DNA of 64,000 nucleotides, from contig DATKBT010000030.1 of the NCBI GenBank assembly GCA_035546295.1, positions 17,134-81,133 on the forward strand, read 5' to 3'. The translations under genes and the position numbers were made by a program. Source of the stretch: Thermoanaerobaculia bacterium. GTDB lineage: Bacteria > Acidobacteriota > Thermoanaerobaculia > Multivoradales > Multivoraceae. Below, piece by piece: positions 18,952-28,269 of the stretch (position 1 is its first letter; every line of letters begins with the position of its first letter). The notes beneath the pieces were generated by a model. That model searched no databases, had not been told where the DNA came from, and was given only the letters and a program-made list of their open reading frames with translations.

Positions 18952-19665
18952 TCAATGGCGCGCGCCCCCTCCCGCCGGCGCCGTCGCGGAGGCCGACCGG
19001 GCGCGCACCGACAGCAGGCTCTCGATCGACCGGTCGAGTGCGCCCACCAGCGCCTCGACCCCGGGCGGTCCCGCCGTTCCCAGGTCGTGGCCGGCGGCGG
19101 CGACGATCTCGTGGCAGGCGAAGTGCGGGAGGGAGGAGGCAAACCCGCGCACCAAGGCCCCGGGCGTCAAGGGGTCGAGCTCGCCGGTGACCAGGGCGAG
19201 CGGAGGGGAGCCGGCACCGGGGGTCGGCACGCGCCGGTGGGCGAGTGGGGGCGCGACCACGAGCAGCGCGTCGACGGCCGGCGCCTGTCGCCGCTCGATC
19301 CTGGCAAGCGCGACGGAGGCGCCGAACGAGTATCCGGCCAGCCAGTGCGGGAGCCGCGGGAAGCGCCGCTCGAGCTCGCGCTCGGCGGCCAGGAGGTCGA
19401 GCTGCTCGCCGGCGCCGTCGTCGAACGATCCTTCGCTCTCGCCCACTCCGCGGAAGTCGAAGGTGAGCACCGCCGCGCCCGCAGCCAGTAGCCGACCGGC
19501 GACGGATCGCACCACCGCGTTTTCCATGGTGCCGCCGTAAAGCGGGTGCGGATGGGCCACCACGGCGCGCAGGCTCGGCCGCTCGGGGGCGCGCAGACAC
19601 GCGCTCAGCCGTCCGGCGGGTCCGTCGAGTCGCAACACCTCGGTGAGGGCAACGTCGTCGTTCAC
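18952..19665 (-). CDS. Alpha/beta hydrolase (short, HPHP-type)
   Basis: VAHPHPLYGGTMEN, FDFRGVGESEG, GYSFGA, H near the C-terminus. Confidence 0.88.
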   Translation of the reverse strand: MNDDVALTEVLRLDGPAGRLSACLRAPERPSLRAVVAHPHPLYGGTMENAVVRSVAGRLLAAGAAVLTFDFRGVGESEGSFDDGAGEQLDLLAAERELERRFPRLPHWLAGYSFGASVALARIERRQAPAVDALLVVAPPLAHRRVPTPGAGSPPLALVTGELDPLTPGALVRGFASSLPHFACHEIVAAAGHDLGTAGPPGVEALVGALDRSIESLLSVRARSASATAPAGGGARH

Positions 19666-19863
19666 GGGGCAAATCGTAACCGGCGGTGGAGCGCGGCGGC
19701 GCTCCTGCCGCGATCGGGCGCCGGCGCCGCCACGCTCGCCGGTCGCTCGCCGGTCGCTCGCCGGCGAATCGCGAAATAATCGCGCGATGGTCCGGCGTTC
19801 CCTGCTTGACGATTGCCAGGCGTCGGCGATGACGCTTTAGCCGGGCAATCCCTGAGGTTGAAC

Positions 19864-20586
19864 ATGATCTTCGATCCCCTTTGGCTCCTCTTCATCACCC
19901 CGGCGCTCCTGCTCTCGCTCTGGGCGAGCTTCCGCACGCGCTCCGCCTTCAAGAAGTACTCCAAGGTCGCGGCCGCGAGCGGGCTGAGCGGAGCACAGGC
20001 CGCCCAGCGGCTGCTCTCGAGCGCCGGCATCAGCGACGTCGACATCGTGGCCACCCGCGGGACGCTCTCCGACCACTACAACCCGGCGACCAAGAAGCTG
20101 GCACTCTCCGAGCCGGTGTACGGCCAGCGCTCGATCGCCGCGATCGGTGTCGCCTGCCACGAGGCGGGCCACGCGATTCAGCACGCCCGCGGCTACAAGC
20201 CGCTCTGGCTGCGCTCCGCGCTGGTGCCGCTCGCCGGCATCGGCAGCCAGCTCGGCTACATCGTGATGTTCGTCGGTCTGATGATGATGTTCTACGCTGG
20301 CGGTTCCTCACCGACGACCGCTCAGACCGTCGTCCTGGTGGGTGCCGTGCTGTTCTCGGCGACCTTGCTCTTCCAGATCGTCACCCTGCCGGTCGAGTTC
20401 GACGCCTCCTCGCGCGCCAAGCGCCTGGCCGTCGAGCAGGGGATCGTCCTGCCCCAGGAGCGCCAGGGGATGGATCGCGTCCTCAACGCCGCCGCCTTGA
20501 CCTACGTCGCGGCCGCCATTTCGACCCTGATGACGCTCCTCTACTTCCTCTTCCGAGCAGGTCTGCTCGGAGGCCGCAGAAACTAG
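19864..20586 (+). CDS. Membrane neutral zinc metallopeptidase (YugP / Zn_peptidase_2 family)
   Basis: LSDHYNP, ACHEAGHAIQH, TLPVEFDASSRA, AAALTYVAA. Confidence 0.9.
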   Translation: MIFDPLWLLFITPALLLSLWASFRTRSAFKKYSKVAAASGLSGAQAAQRLLSSAGISDVDIVATRGTLSDHYNPATKKLALSEPVYGQRSIAAIGVACHEAGHAIQHARGYKPLWLRSALVPLAGIGSQLGYIVMFVGLMMMFYAGGSSPTTAQTVVLVGAVLFSATLLFQIVTLPVEFDASSRAKRLAVEQGIVLPQERQGMDRVLNAAALTYVAAAISTLMTLLYFLFRAGLLGGRRN

Positions 20587-20725
20587 GCCAAAGCAACGCG
20601 TATCCTCAGCGCAGCCCGCGTTCGAACGGGGTGCGCGCGAGGATCTCCGCCTTGCGGCGATCGTGACGTCGCCGTGCCGGTCGGACGAGATTTCATCCTG
20701 CGTCGAGGCGCCGCCCGCGGCGGGA

Positions 20726-22081
20726 CTACACCGGCTCTCCCAGCAACCCCACCAGCTCTGCCTGCTTTTCGGCGAGCAGCTCCGGCGTGTCGGCCTCGAG
20801 CACCAGGCGCAGCAGCGGCTCGGTGTTCGAGGGCCTGACGTTGAACCACCAGTCGTCGAAGTCGATCCTTATGCCGTCGATGCGGTCGATCTCGCCCGCT
20901 CCGTAGCGCTCCTCGAGATCCGCCATCGCCGAGCTCTTGTCCTCGACCTCGAAGTTGATCTCCTCGCTCTTGGCATATCGCCGCAGGGGCGCGACGACCT
21001 CTGACAGCGGCGCCCCCGCCGCCCACAGGATCGAGAGCACGTCGAAGACAGCGAGCAGGGAGCAGTCGGCGAAGTAGTTTTCCCGGAAGTAGTAGTGCCC
21101 GGCGAGCTCGCCGCCGAAAACCGCATCGCGCTTGCGCATGGTGGCCTTGATGAAGGAGTGGCCGACGCGCTCGCGCACCGGCACACCGCCCCGCTCCTCG
21201 AGGTACTCGGGCACCGCCCGCGACGACCTCACGTCGTAGACGACCGCTGCGCCGGGATGCCGGCTGAGCTTCTCGCCGCCGATCAACGCCGTCATCAGGT
21301 CGCTGCCGATCGGCTCCGCCCGCTCGTCGACGAACGCGGCGCGATCGGCGTCGCCGTCGAAGGCGACGCCGAGGTCGGCTTCGTGCTCGCGCACAGCGCT
21401 CCTCAGGTCGGCGAGGTTCTCGAGCTTGAGTGGGTTCGCCTCGTGGTTGGGAAAGGTCCCGTCGAGCTCGAAGTAGAGCGGGATCAGGTCGATCCCGGCG
21501 CGTTCCAGCAGCGGCCGATAGAGGGTTCCCATGCCGTTCGCGGCGTCGGCGACCACTCGCAGCTTCCGGCTGTTCTCGGGGCGCCGCAGCAGGCCGAGCA
21601 GGTGGTCGCCGTACCGGTCGAAGATCTCGGTGGTGCGCAGCGAGCCGGGGCCCTCCCCGGCCGGCAACTCGCCGGAGACGACCAGGCGCTCGAGCAGCGG
21701 GATGCCGTCGTCCCCGGACACGGGACGCGCCTCCTGGAGGCTGAACTTGAGCCCGTTGTAGCGGGCCGGGTTGTGGCTGGCGGTCACCTGGATGCCGCCG
21801 GCCATGCCGAGTCGGCCGACAGCGAAGTAGCTCATCGGAGTCGAGGCGAGACCGATGTCGACCACGTCGAGCCCGGCGTCTCGCAGACCGCGGGTGAGCG
21901 CTTCGGCGAGCGGCACGCTGTGGGAGCGCATGTCACGAGAGACGGCGACCTCGCCGCCGTGTCCCGGTTCGACGGTGTCGAGCAGCACCCGGAACGCCCG
22001 GCCGACGTCCTCGGCGATCTGCTCGTTCAACTGGTCGGGATAGGTCCCTCGGATGTCGTAGGCCTTGTAGATTCCTGCCAT
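20726..22081 (-). CDS. Phosphomannomutase/phosphoglucomutase
   Basis: FKAY-like KAYDIRG, TASHNP, FDGDADR, GGELAGHYYF, NVRPSNTEPLLR. Confidence 0.95.
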   Translation of the reverse strand: MAGIYKAYDIRGTYPDQLNEQIAEDVGRAFRVLLDTVEPGHGGEVAVSRDMRSHSVPLAEALTRGLRDAGLDVVDIGLASTPMSYFAVGRLGMAGGIQVTASHNPARYNGLKFSLQEARPVSGDDGIPLLERLVVSGELPAGEGPGSLRTTEIFDRYGDHLLGLLRRPENSRKLRVVADAANGMGTLYRPLLERAGIDLIPLYFELDGTFPNHEANPLKLENLADLRSAVREHEADLGVAFDGDADRAAFVDERAEPIGSDLMTALIGGEKLSRHPGAAVVYDVRSSRAVPEYLEERGGVPVRERVGHSFIKATMRKRDAVFGGELAGHYYFRENYFADCSLLAVFDVLSILWAAGAPLSEVVAPLRRYAKSEEINFEVEDKSSAMADLEERYGAGEIDRIDGIRIDFDDWWFNVRPSNTEPLLRLVLEADTPELLAEKQAELVGLLGEPV

Positions 22082-22241
22082 GGATCGGGTCGCTCTCCTC
22101 AACGGGTGGATGAGTCTGAGGGTGCCTCGGTGAGGCGTCGAGGGGGCTCGCTGCGCCGTTCGTTCGCCGGACGGCCGCGCCGAGGGCCGCCCGCCCGGCC
22201 TCGCCGCGAGCGCTGCGCCGCTCCGTGGCGCATCGAGCGCA

Positions 22242-23240
22242 TCAGCCCGCGTTGCGGGTCAGGAAGTCTTCGAGAGCCTCGGCGAAAGCGTCCGGCCGCT
22301 CGCAGTGGGGTTGCAGCGCGGCCTGCTCGAAGACCTCGAGCTCGGCGCGGTCCCCGAGGTGCCGGAGCCAGAGATCCGCGGTCGCCAGCGAGGGGCTCTG
22401 GGCCTCCTGTCCCCAGGCGATCCAGACCGGCTGCTCGATGCGCGGCAGGATCTCGTCGACCCTGTGGTTGAGGTATCCAGAGAGGTAGGCGGCGAGCGGC
22501 GCTTGCGCCCCCGGCACGTGGCTCGCTCGATAGTGCTCGGCGATCACGTCGTCGTCGACGGAGTCGCCGTCGGCGAAGATCTCGCGGCGAAGGTGGGCGG
22601 CGATCCCGGCCCGGCTGGTGAACACGTTGAGCGCGGAGGTGCCCAGGATCGGAAGGCGGAGCACCCGGTGGACCATCGCGTCCTTGAGGTCGGGCTCGTC
22701 GCCGTGCAGGTCGATCCCCAGGGGAACCACCAGTCCCAGCGCGCCGATCATCTCCGGGTGGTCGACCGCCACCTGCAGCGTGTGGGCGGCGCTCAGACCC
22801 GCGGCGACGACGGTCGCCTGCCTGCCGACGACCTGGTCGAGGAAGCCGGTGAGCAGATCGATCGAGAGATGGCTGTCGTAGGTGATCTGCGGGTGATCGG
22901 ACTCCCCCCAGCCCAACAGGTCGAGAGCGTAGACCCGGTGGTGCGGCGCCAAGCGCTCGGCCACCTCGCGCCACTGCAACGCGCTGTGTCCGGGGCCGAT
23001 GGAGTGCACCAGGACGACCGGACGCTGACCGTCGCCGAGCTCCTGGTAGCGGACCGTGCCTTCGCCGCTCTCCCATCGGCGGGATTCTCCCCAGCGGGGC
23101 GCGGACAGCCTCTTTGCGCGACGCGCCACCAGCGCGTTGAAGATCGCCGGGATGCCGAGCGCCGCACTGCCGACCAGGAGCCCTCGCACCAGACGCTTGC
23201 GCCGACGTCGCCGCTGGCGTTCCTCGGGGGTCTCGGCCAT
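22242..23240 (-). CDS. Alpha/beta-fold protein with N-terminal membrane anchor
   Basis: VVLVHSIG, YALDLLGWGESD, IAWG, PH.ERP; nucleophile elbow is non-canonical (AAGLSAA). Confidence 0.8.
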   Translation of the reverse strand: MAETPEERQRRRRRKRLVRGLLVGSAALGIPAIFNALVARRAKRLSAPRWGESRRWESGEGTVRYQELGDGQRPVVLVHSIGPGHSALQWREVAERLAPHHRVYALDLLGWGESDHPQITYDSHLSIDLLTGFLDQVVGRQATVVAAGLSAAHTLQVAVDHPEMIGALGLVVPLGIDLHGDEPDLKDAMVHRVLRLPILGTSALNVFTSRAGIAAHLRREIFADGDSVDDDVIAEHYRASHVPGAQAPLAAYLSGYLNHRVDEILPRIEQPVWIAWGQEAQSPSLATADLWLRHLGDRAELEVFEQAALQPHCERPDAFAEALEDFLTRNAG

Positions 23241-23403
23241 CGGCGGAATCTAGCAGAGGCGGTGAGGCTCGACTCTCGGCGGAGGAGCCGGAGAGACTGG
23301 GGACAGCTGGCCTGAGCCGTCAGGAGGCTGGGGCTCCCGGCGGGCGCCGAGAAGTCGCTTGGTAGGGTTCCATCCGGCGCCTGGGTGTTAAGACTAGATC
23401 CAC

Positions 23404-23877
23404 ATGGCACGCGAGCTCGTCATCCTGTGGGTCGGTCGCCACGATCGGGAGCCGTGGGCCGGCCTGTGCGCGGCCTATCGTCAGCGGATCGGCCGATTCG
23501 TCGAGGTGCGCGACCAGCAAGTGCGGGTCCGCGGCGCGGATCCCGCCCGGCAGCTCGAGATGGAGCGAGACGCCATCGCGTCGGCTCTCCCCGATCCGGC
23601 TTGGGTCGCTGCGCTCGACTCCAAGGGGAAGGCCCGGGGCTCGGTGGAGCTCTCGCGTTGGCTGCGGGGGATTCGCGAGCGGTGGCCGCATCCGGTGGTC
23701 TTCGTGATCGGTTCCGACGCGGGCCTGCACGGCGACGTGCTGCAGCAGGCGAGGGCGCGCGTGTCGTTCGGACCGATGACGCTGGCGCACGAGCTGGCCC
23801 GGCTGGTCCTCTACGAGCAGCTCTTTCGAGCGCTCGCCATCGAACGGGGAATTCAGTACCATCGCGCACCGTTTTGA
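23404..23877 (+). CDS. rlmH: 23S rRNA pseudouridine-1915 N3-methyltransferase
   Basis: ALDSKGK, FVIGSDAGL, SFGPMTLAHELARLVLYEQLFRA, YHR. Confidence 0.93.
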   Translation: MARELVILWVGRHDREPWAGLCAAYRQRIGRFVEVRDQQVRVRGADPARQLEMERDAIASALPDPAWVAALDSKGKARGSVELSRWLRGIRERWPHPVVFVIGSDAGLHGDVLQQARARVSFGPMTLAHELARLVLYEQLFRALAIERGIQYHRAPF

Positions 23878-24022
23878 CCGGTTCCTGGTCCCGGGAACCC
23901 TTCGGGTCCCAGTGCAGGAGGCTCCCGCGACCGGAACCGCACGGCCATCTCCAGCCGGCCGGCGTGGCGACGCCGATCGGTCGGGACGAGCAGCCCGCGC
24001 TGCTCGGGGATAGGAGGACGGG

Positions 24023-25297
24023 GTGGCAGCGAGCAAGAAGACGGCATCGGGCGCAGCGAAGAAGTCTCGGCGTTCGGGAGCAGGCTCTCGGGGCGCTTCC
24101 TCGAAGAAGAGCCGGTCGAGGACGGCGGCTCGAAAGCAGACGTCCAAGAAGAAGGCGACGGCCCGTAAGCCGGCGGCCCGTGGGTCGTCGAAGCCGTCCA
24201 CCGGCAGGAAGACGACCAGCAAGAAGACGTCCAGCAAGAAGACGACGGGCAAAACGACGACCACCAAGAAGACGGCCAAGAAGACGGCCAAGAAGCCGGC
24301 CAAGAAGCCGGCTCGCTCGGCCGCGTCCAAAAGGAGCTCCAGCTCGAGCTCTGAGAGGCGGCGGGCCGCGACCTCGAAGGCCTCCGGCAAGACGGTGAAG
24401 AAGAACGTCCCGAAGAAGAAGAAGACGAAGAAGACGAACAGGGCAGCGGCGTCCCGATCCACCACCGGCGCCGGCAGCGGCACTCGCCAGTCCGCCTCGT
24501 CCGGCAAGTCCGCTAGGAACAAGCCCCGAGCGGCAATGCGCTCAACCAGCAAATCGCCAGCCAAGAAGTCGACGGCCAAGAAGTCGACAGCCAAGAAGTC
24601 GACAGCCAAGAAGTCGACGGCCCGAAGGTCGACGGGGAGCGCGTCCTCGAGACGCAGGTCCGCCGCAAAGCGGTCGGCCGCCGGAACAGCTGCGAGCAAG
24701 AAGAGCCCCACCAAGAAGAGCCCCACCAAGAAGACCTCGCCCAAGAAGGTCTCCACCAAGAAGACCACCAGCAGGAAGAAGACTTCGGCGAAGGTGACAG
24801 CCAAGAGAACGAGTGCGAGCAAGCGCGCCGTCGGTGCATCGAAGCGCAAACGTTCGGCGGCGGCGACCGAGTCCCCGCCGCCGAAGCGGCTACGTCTCTC
24901 CTCCCAGCGCATCAGCCAGGGTCCGCCGCAGGCGACCGAGCAGGCGGATCAGGCCGCGCTGCGCGAGGCGCTGATCGCAAAGCGCGCCGAGGTCCTGCAG
25001 CTCTACGAGCTGGACGTGCGAGCGGGCCTCAAGGGAGCTTCCTCGGACGGCAACGAGGACATCGTCGACCTCGCCAACAGCGCCTACAACCGCGAGCTGA
25101 GCTTCGCCATCTCCGACAGCGAGCGTGAGCTGCTCCAGCAGATCGACGAGGCGCTCGCCCGAATGGAGGAGGGCAGCTTCGGAGCCTGCACGTCCTGCGG
25201 CCAACCGATCGCCTCACCGCGGTTGCGGGCGATTCCCTGGGCGCGGTACTGTATCGACTGCCAAGAGCTTGAAGAGCGTGGCCTGCTCCGGGAGTGA
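24023..25297 (+). CDS. DksA/TraR C4 zinc-finger protein with a long histone-H1-like Lys/Ser/Thr/Ala-rich N-terminus
   Basis: RBS AGGAGG before GTG; C-terminal DIVDLA, CTSC..RLRAIPWARYCIDCQE; N-terminal KKSTA repeats. Confidence 0.85.
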   Translation: MAASKKTASGAAKKSRRSGAGSRGASSKKSRSRTAARKQTSKKKATARKPAARGSSKPSTGRKTTSKKTSSKKTTGKTTTTKKTAKKTAKKPAKKPARSAASKRSSSSSSERRRAATSKASGKTVKKNVPKKKKTKKTNRAAASRSTTGAGSGTRQSASSGKSARNKPRAAMRSTSKSPAKKSTAKKSTAKKSTAKKSTARRSTGSASSRRRSAAKRSAAGTAASKKSPTKKSPTKKTSPKKVSTKKTTSRKKTSAKVTAKRTSASKRAVGASKRKRSAAATESPPPKRLRLSSQRISQGPPQATEQADQAALREALIAKRAEVLQLYELDVRAGLKGASSDGNEDIVDLANSAYNRELSFAISDSERELLQQIDEALARMEEGSFGACTSCGQPIASPRLRAIPWARYCIDCQELEERGLLRE

Positions 25298-25389
25298 GCC
25301 GGCTGCTTCGGACCGACAGAGTCAGCGTCGACTCCGCTGTGGAATGGCGGCAGGTGCACTGAACGGACGATGAGCGAGGACCCGGAGCG

Positions 25390-26784
25390 GTGAGGCCCAG
25401 GACGTTCGCCATCCTCCTGGCAGCCCTCTTCGTCACGATCCTCGTCGCTTTCCTCTCGGTGCTCAATCGGGAGCTCCTGGTGCAGCCATTCTGGCTCACC
25501 GGCGTGCCGGGATCGGGCTGGAACGTTCCGTTGTTCCTGGTGCTGCTCGCGGTCTTCCTCAGCGGTTTCCTGCCGGTCGTCGTGCGCATGCTGGTCGAGA
25601 CCGTGCGCCGCGACCTCGCCGAGCGCCGCGCGCGCCGCGAGTCCCGAGCCGCCGAGAGCCTCGACCAGACCTACCGTCGCGCCGTCGACCTGCTCGAGGA
25701 CGGTCAGCTGACGCGTGCCGTCCGCGAGCTGGAGGTCGTGCTGGCGGCGCGCGCCGACGATTTCTCCTCGCTGCTCGCGCACGGAACGACGCTGCGGGAC
25801 CTGGCGCGTCCGGAGGAGGCACTGCGCTCTCACCAGCGTGCCGCCGACGCTTATCCTCGCAGCGTCGCCGTCCAGTACGCGCTGGCGGCCGACTTCGAAG
25901 CGGCCGGCGAGACGGCCACCGCCGAAGAGATCCGCAACCGCATCCTGCGCGACTTCCCGGGGCGTGGGCTGACGGTGCTGCGGCAGCGGCGGGCGCGGGC
26001 GGTTGCCGCTCGCGACTGGCGTCTCGCGAGCCGGTATCAGGACGAGATCGACGCCCTGCTCGAGTCTGCCGGCGAGAGCCGGCGCAAGTCGCCCGGGGTC
26101 CGACTCGGGCTCGACTATCAGCGCGCCGTCACCCTGCTCGAGGAGGAGCGTGCGGACGATGCGATCGAGGTGCTCTCGGGGCTCGTCGAACGGCGACCGG
26201 AATTCGTCCCCGCGCGGGTCCTGCTGGGCGAGGCGCTGCTGCTCCAGGGGAGGCCCGAGGAGGCGGTTCTCACCTGGCGCGACGGGTTCGAACGCACCGG
26301 CAGCTCCACCTTCCTGCTGCGCATCGAGGACCACTTCATCGAGACCGAGCAGCCCCAGGAGGCGATCGACACCCTGCGCGAGCTGATCGCGAGCCGGCCC
26401 GACGACGTGCTGGCCCGCTTCTTCCTCGGCCGGCTCTACTACCGGCTCGAGATGCACGACGACGCCTGGCGCACGCTGGCGCCGCTCGAGGACCGCGTCG
26501 ACTCGTCGCCGACCTTCCACTTTCTGCTCGGCCGCATCCACGAACGGCGCGGCGAGCTGGCCCGAGCGGCAGAGCGGTTCCAGCGCAGCGCCCGTCTGCT
26601 CGGCGTTCGCGACGCCGAGTTCTCGTGCAGCAGGTGCGCGGCACGTTACGGCGAGTGGATGGACCGGTGCGAGAGCTGTGGTTCTTGGGGAACCGTCGAG
26701 CTCTCGGTGGACCACCAGGAGCTGGATCCCGAGTCTTTGGGCGTCGCGCCGGTGGCGGGGTGGGAAGGGACCGAAGAGGATTGA
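25390..26784 (+). CDS. LapA-LapB-like fusion (two TM segments, TPR repeats, C-terminal rubredoxin-like CxxC..CxxC)
   Basis: Two hydrophobic N-terminal segments; helical TPR-like repeats; CSRC..CESCGSW. Confidence 0.75.
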   Translation: MRPRTFAILLAALFVTILVAFLSVLNRELLVQPFWLTGVPGSGWNVPLFLVLLAVFLSGFLPVVVRMLVETVRRDLAERRARRESRAAESLDQTYRRAVDLLEDGQLTRAVRELEVVLAARADDFSSLLAHGTTLRDLARPEEALRSHQRAADAYPRSVAVQYALAADFEAAGETATAEEIRNRILRDFPGRGLTVLRQRRARAVAARDWRLASRYQDEIDALLESAGESRRKSPGVRLGLDYQRAVTLLEEERADDAIEVLSGLVERRPEFVPARVLLGEALLLQGRPEEAVLTWRDGFERTGSSTFLLRIEDHFIETEQPQEAIDTLRELIASRPDDVLARFFLGRLYYRLEMHDDAWRTLAPLEDRVDSSPTFHFLLGRIHERRGELARAAERFQRSARLLGVRDAEFSCSRCAARYGEWMDRCESCGSWGTVELSVDHQELDPESLGVAPVAGWEGTEED

Positions 26785-28256
26785 GCCAGGGAGTCGACGC
26801 TCTCCTCGAACGAGTCGGAGCGGGCGCCGTCGAGCCGGTCTACCTGCTGATCGGCGACGCGGTGCTCACCGAGCCGGCGGCTCGACGTCTGGCGATCGCG
26901 ATCGCCGAGGGGTCGGAGGCGGAGCCCTCGGTGCGCCGTCGTCCGAGCAGTCTCGGACCCGTGCTCCAGGACCTCGAGACCTACTCACTGTTCGGCTCGG
27001 GCAAGGTGGTCGTGGTCACCGAAACCGCGCTCCTCGCGGACCGCAGCGCTGCCGCGGATTTGATCGACCAAGCGGCGGAGCCCCTTCCGATCGAGCCGGG
27101 AGACGAGCTCGGAGAGAAGGCGCGCGAGGCCGGCGGCCGGCTGCTGCTGGCGCTCCGGCTGTTCGGCCTCGATCCCCGCGCGGCGGCGCCGGCCGAGGTG
27201 GTGGCGGCGCTGCCCGCCTGGGCGCTCGCCGGCGGTCGCACCATGCGGGGCCGTCGCGCCGGCCGAGGTCGCGGCAAGAAGCAGGCCGCCGACCTCGCCG
27301 CGCAGCTCGCGCGGCTCCTCGAAGCATCGCTCGAGGCGGGTCTCGTCGGGTGGGCCGAGGGAGACGCGGCGGAGCTCGCCAAGATCGTCGAGAGCGGGCT
27401 GCCGCCGGGCCACGTGCTCGTGCTCGCCGAGAGCTCGGTGGCCGACGATCATCCGCTGGTCGGCATCCTGCGCAAGCGCCGGGCCATCGCCGAGCTGGGC
27501 GGCGTCGCCTTCGACCGCCGGGGCGCCGCGACCGGGCTCGAGCGGATCGTCGCCGAGCTCGAGCGCGAGACCGGCGTCGGCATCCGACGCGATGCGCTCG
27601 ACGAGCTGGCGCGGCGGACTTTGCGCAAGTCGAGCGAGCGGGGGAAGCAGGGCCAGATCGACCCGCTGTCGACCGCCCGGCTCGCCGCCGAGTACCGCAA
27701 GCTTGCAGGACTCTCGGGAGGCGCGACGATCCAGGGCGCCCTGGTCGCCAGAACGGTCGAGGATCGCGGTGAGGAGGACGTCTGGGCCCTGCTCGACGAT
27801 CTCGGCGCGGGACGCACGCGCGAGGCTCTCCAGCGTCTCGATCGCATCCTGCTCGCCGCCGAGGATCCGACCGGCGCCCGGCTCTCGCTGTTCTCGCTGC
27901 TCGCCGACTTCTGCCGTCAGCTCGTGGCGATGCGCTCGATGCTGTCGATCGCGGCCGTGCCCGGCGGCGATCGCAACTATCGCTCCTTCCAGAGCCGCCA
28001 CGTCGCCAAGCTCCAGGCAGCGCTGCCGGAGGGCTTCGACAACCCTCTCGCCGGCCTGCACCCCTATCGGCTCCATCGGGTCTACCTCGCCGCCTCGCGG
28101 CTGGGAGAGGATGCGACCACGCGGCTCGCCGGCCGCGTCTACGCCACCGAGCTGCGGCTCAAGGGAGAGAGCGGCGACGCCGACGTCGCCCTCGGCGAGC
28201 TGATCGTGGCGCTCGGCACCGGCCTCGGGAAGAGGCCCGCGCGGGCTGCTCACTAG
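26781..28256 (+). CDS. DNA polymerase III delta subunit-like (HolA), extended
   Basis: PVYLLIGD, YSLFGSGKVVVV, EDVWALLD, LHPYRL; start placed at TTG 26781, overlapping the upstream stop. Confidence 0.65.
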   Translation: MSQGVDALLERVGAGAVEPVYLLIGDAVLTEPAARRLAIAIAEGSEAEPSVRRRPSSLGPVLQDLETYSLFGSGKVVVVTETALLADRSAAADLIDQAAEPLPIEPGDELGEKAREAGGRLLLALRLFGLDPRAAAPAEVVAALPAWALAGGRTMRGRRAGRGRGKKQAADLAAQLARLLEASLEAGLVGWAEGDAAELAKIVESGLPPGHVLVLAESSVADDHPLVGILRKRRAIAELGGVAFDRRGAATGLERIVAELERETGVGIRRDALDELARRTLRKSSERGKQGQIDPLSTARLAAEYRKLAGLSGGATIQGALVARTVEDRGEEDVWALLDDLGAGRTREALQRLDRILLAAEDPTGARLSLFSLLADFCRQLVAMRSMLSIAAVPGGDRNYRSFQSRHVAKLQAALPEGFDNPLAGLHPYRLHRVYLAASRLGEDATTRLAGRVYATELRLKGESGDADVALGELIVALGTGLGKRPARAAH

Positions 28257-28269
28257 GGGGCGGTCTACG

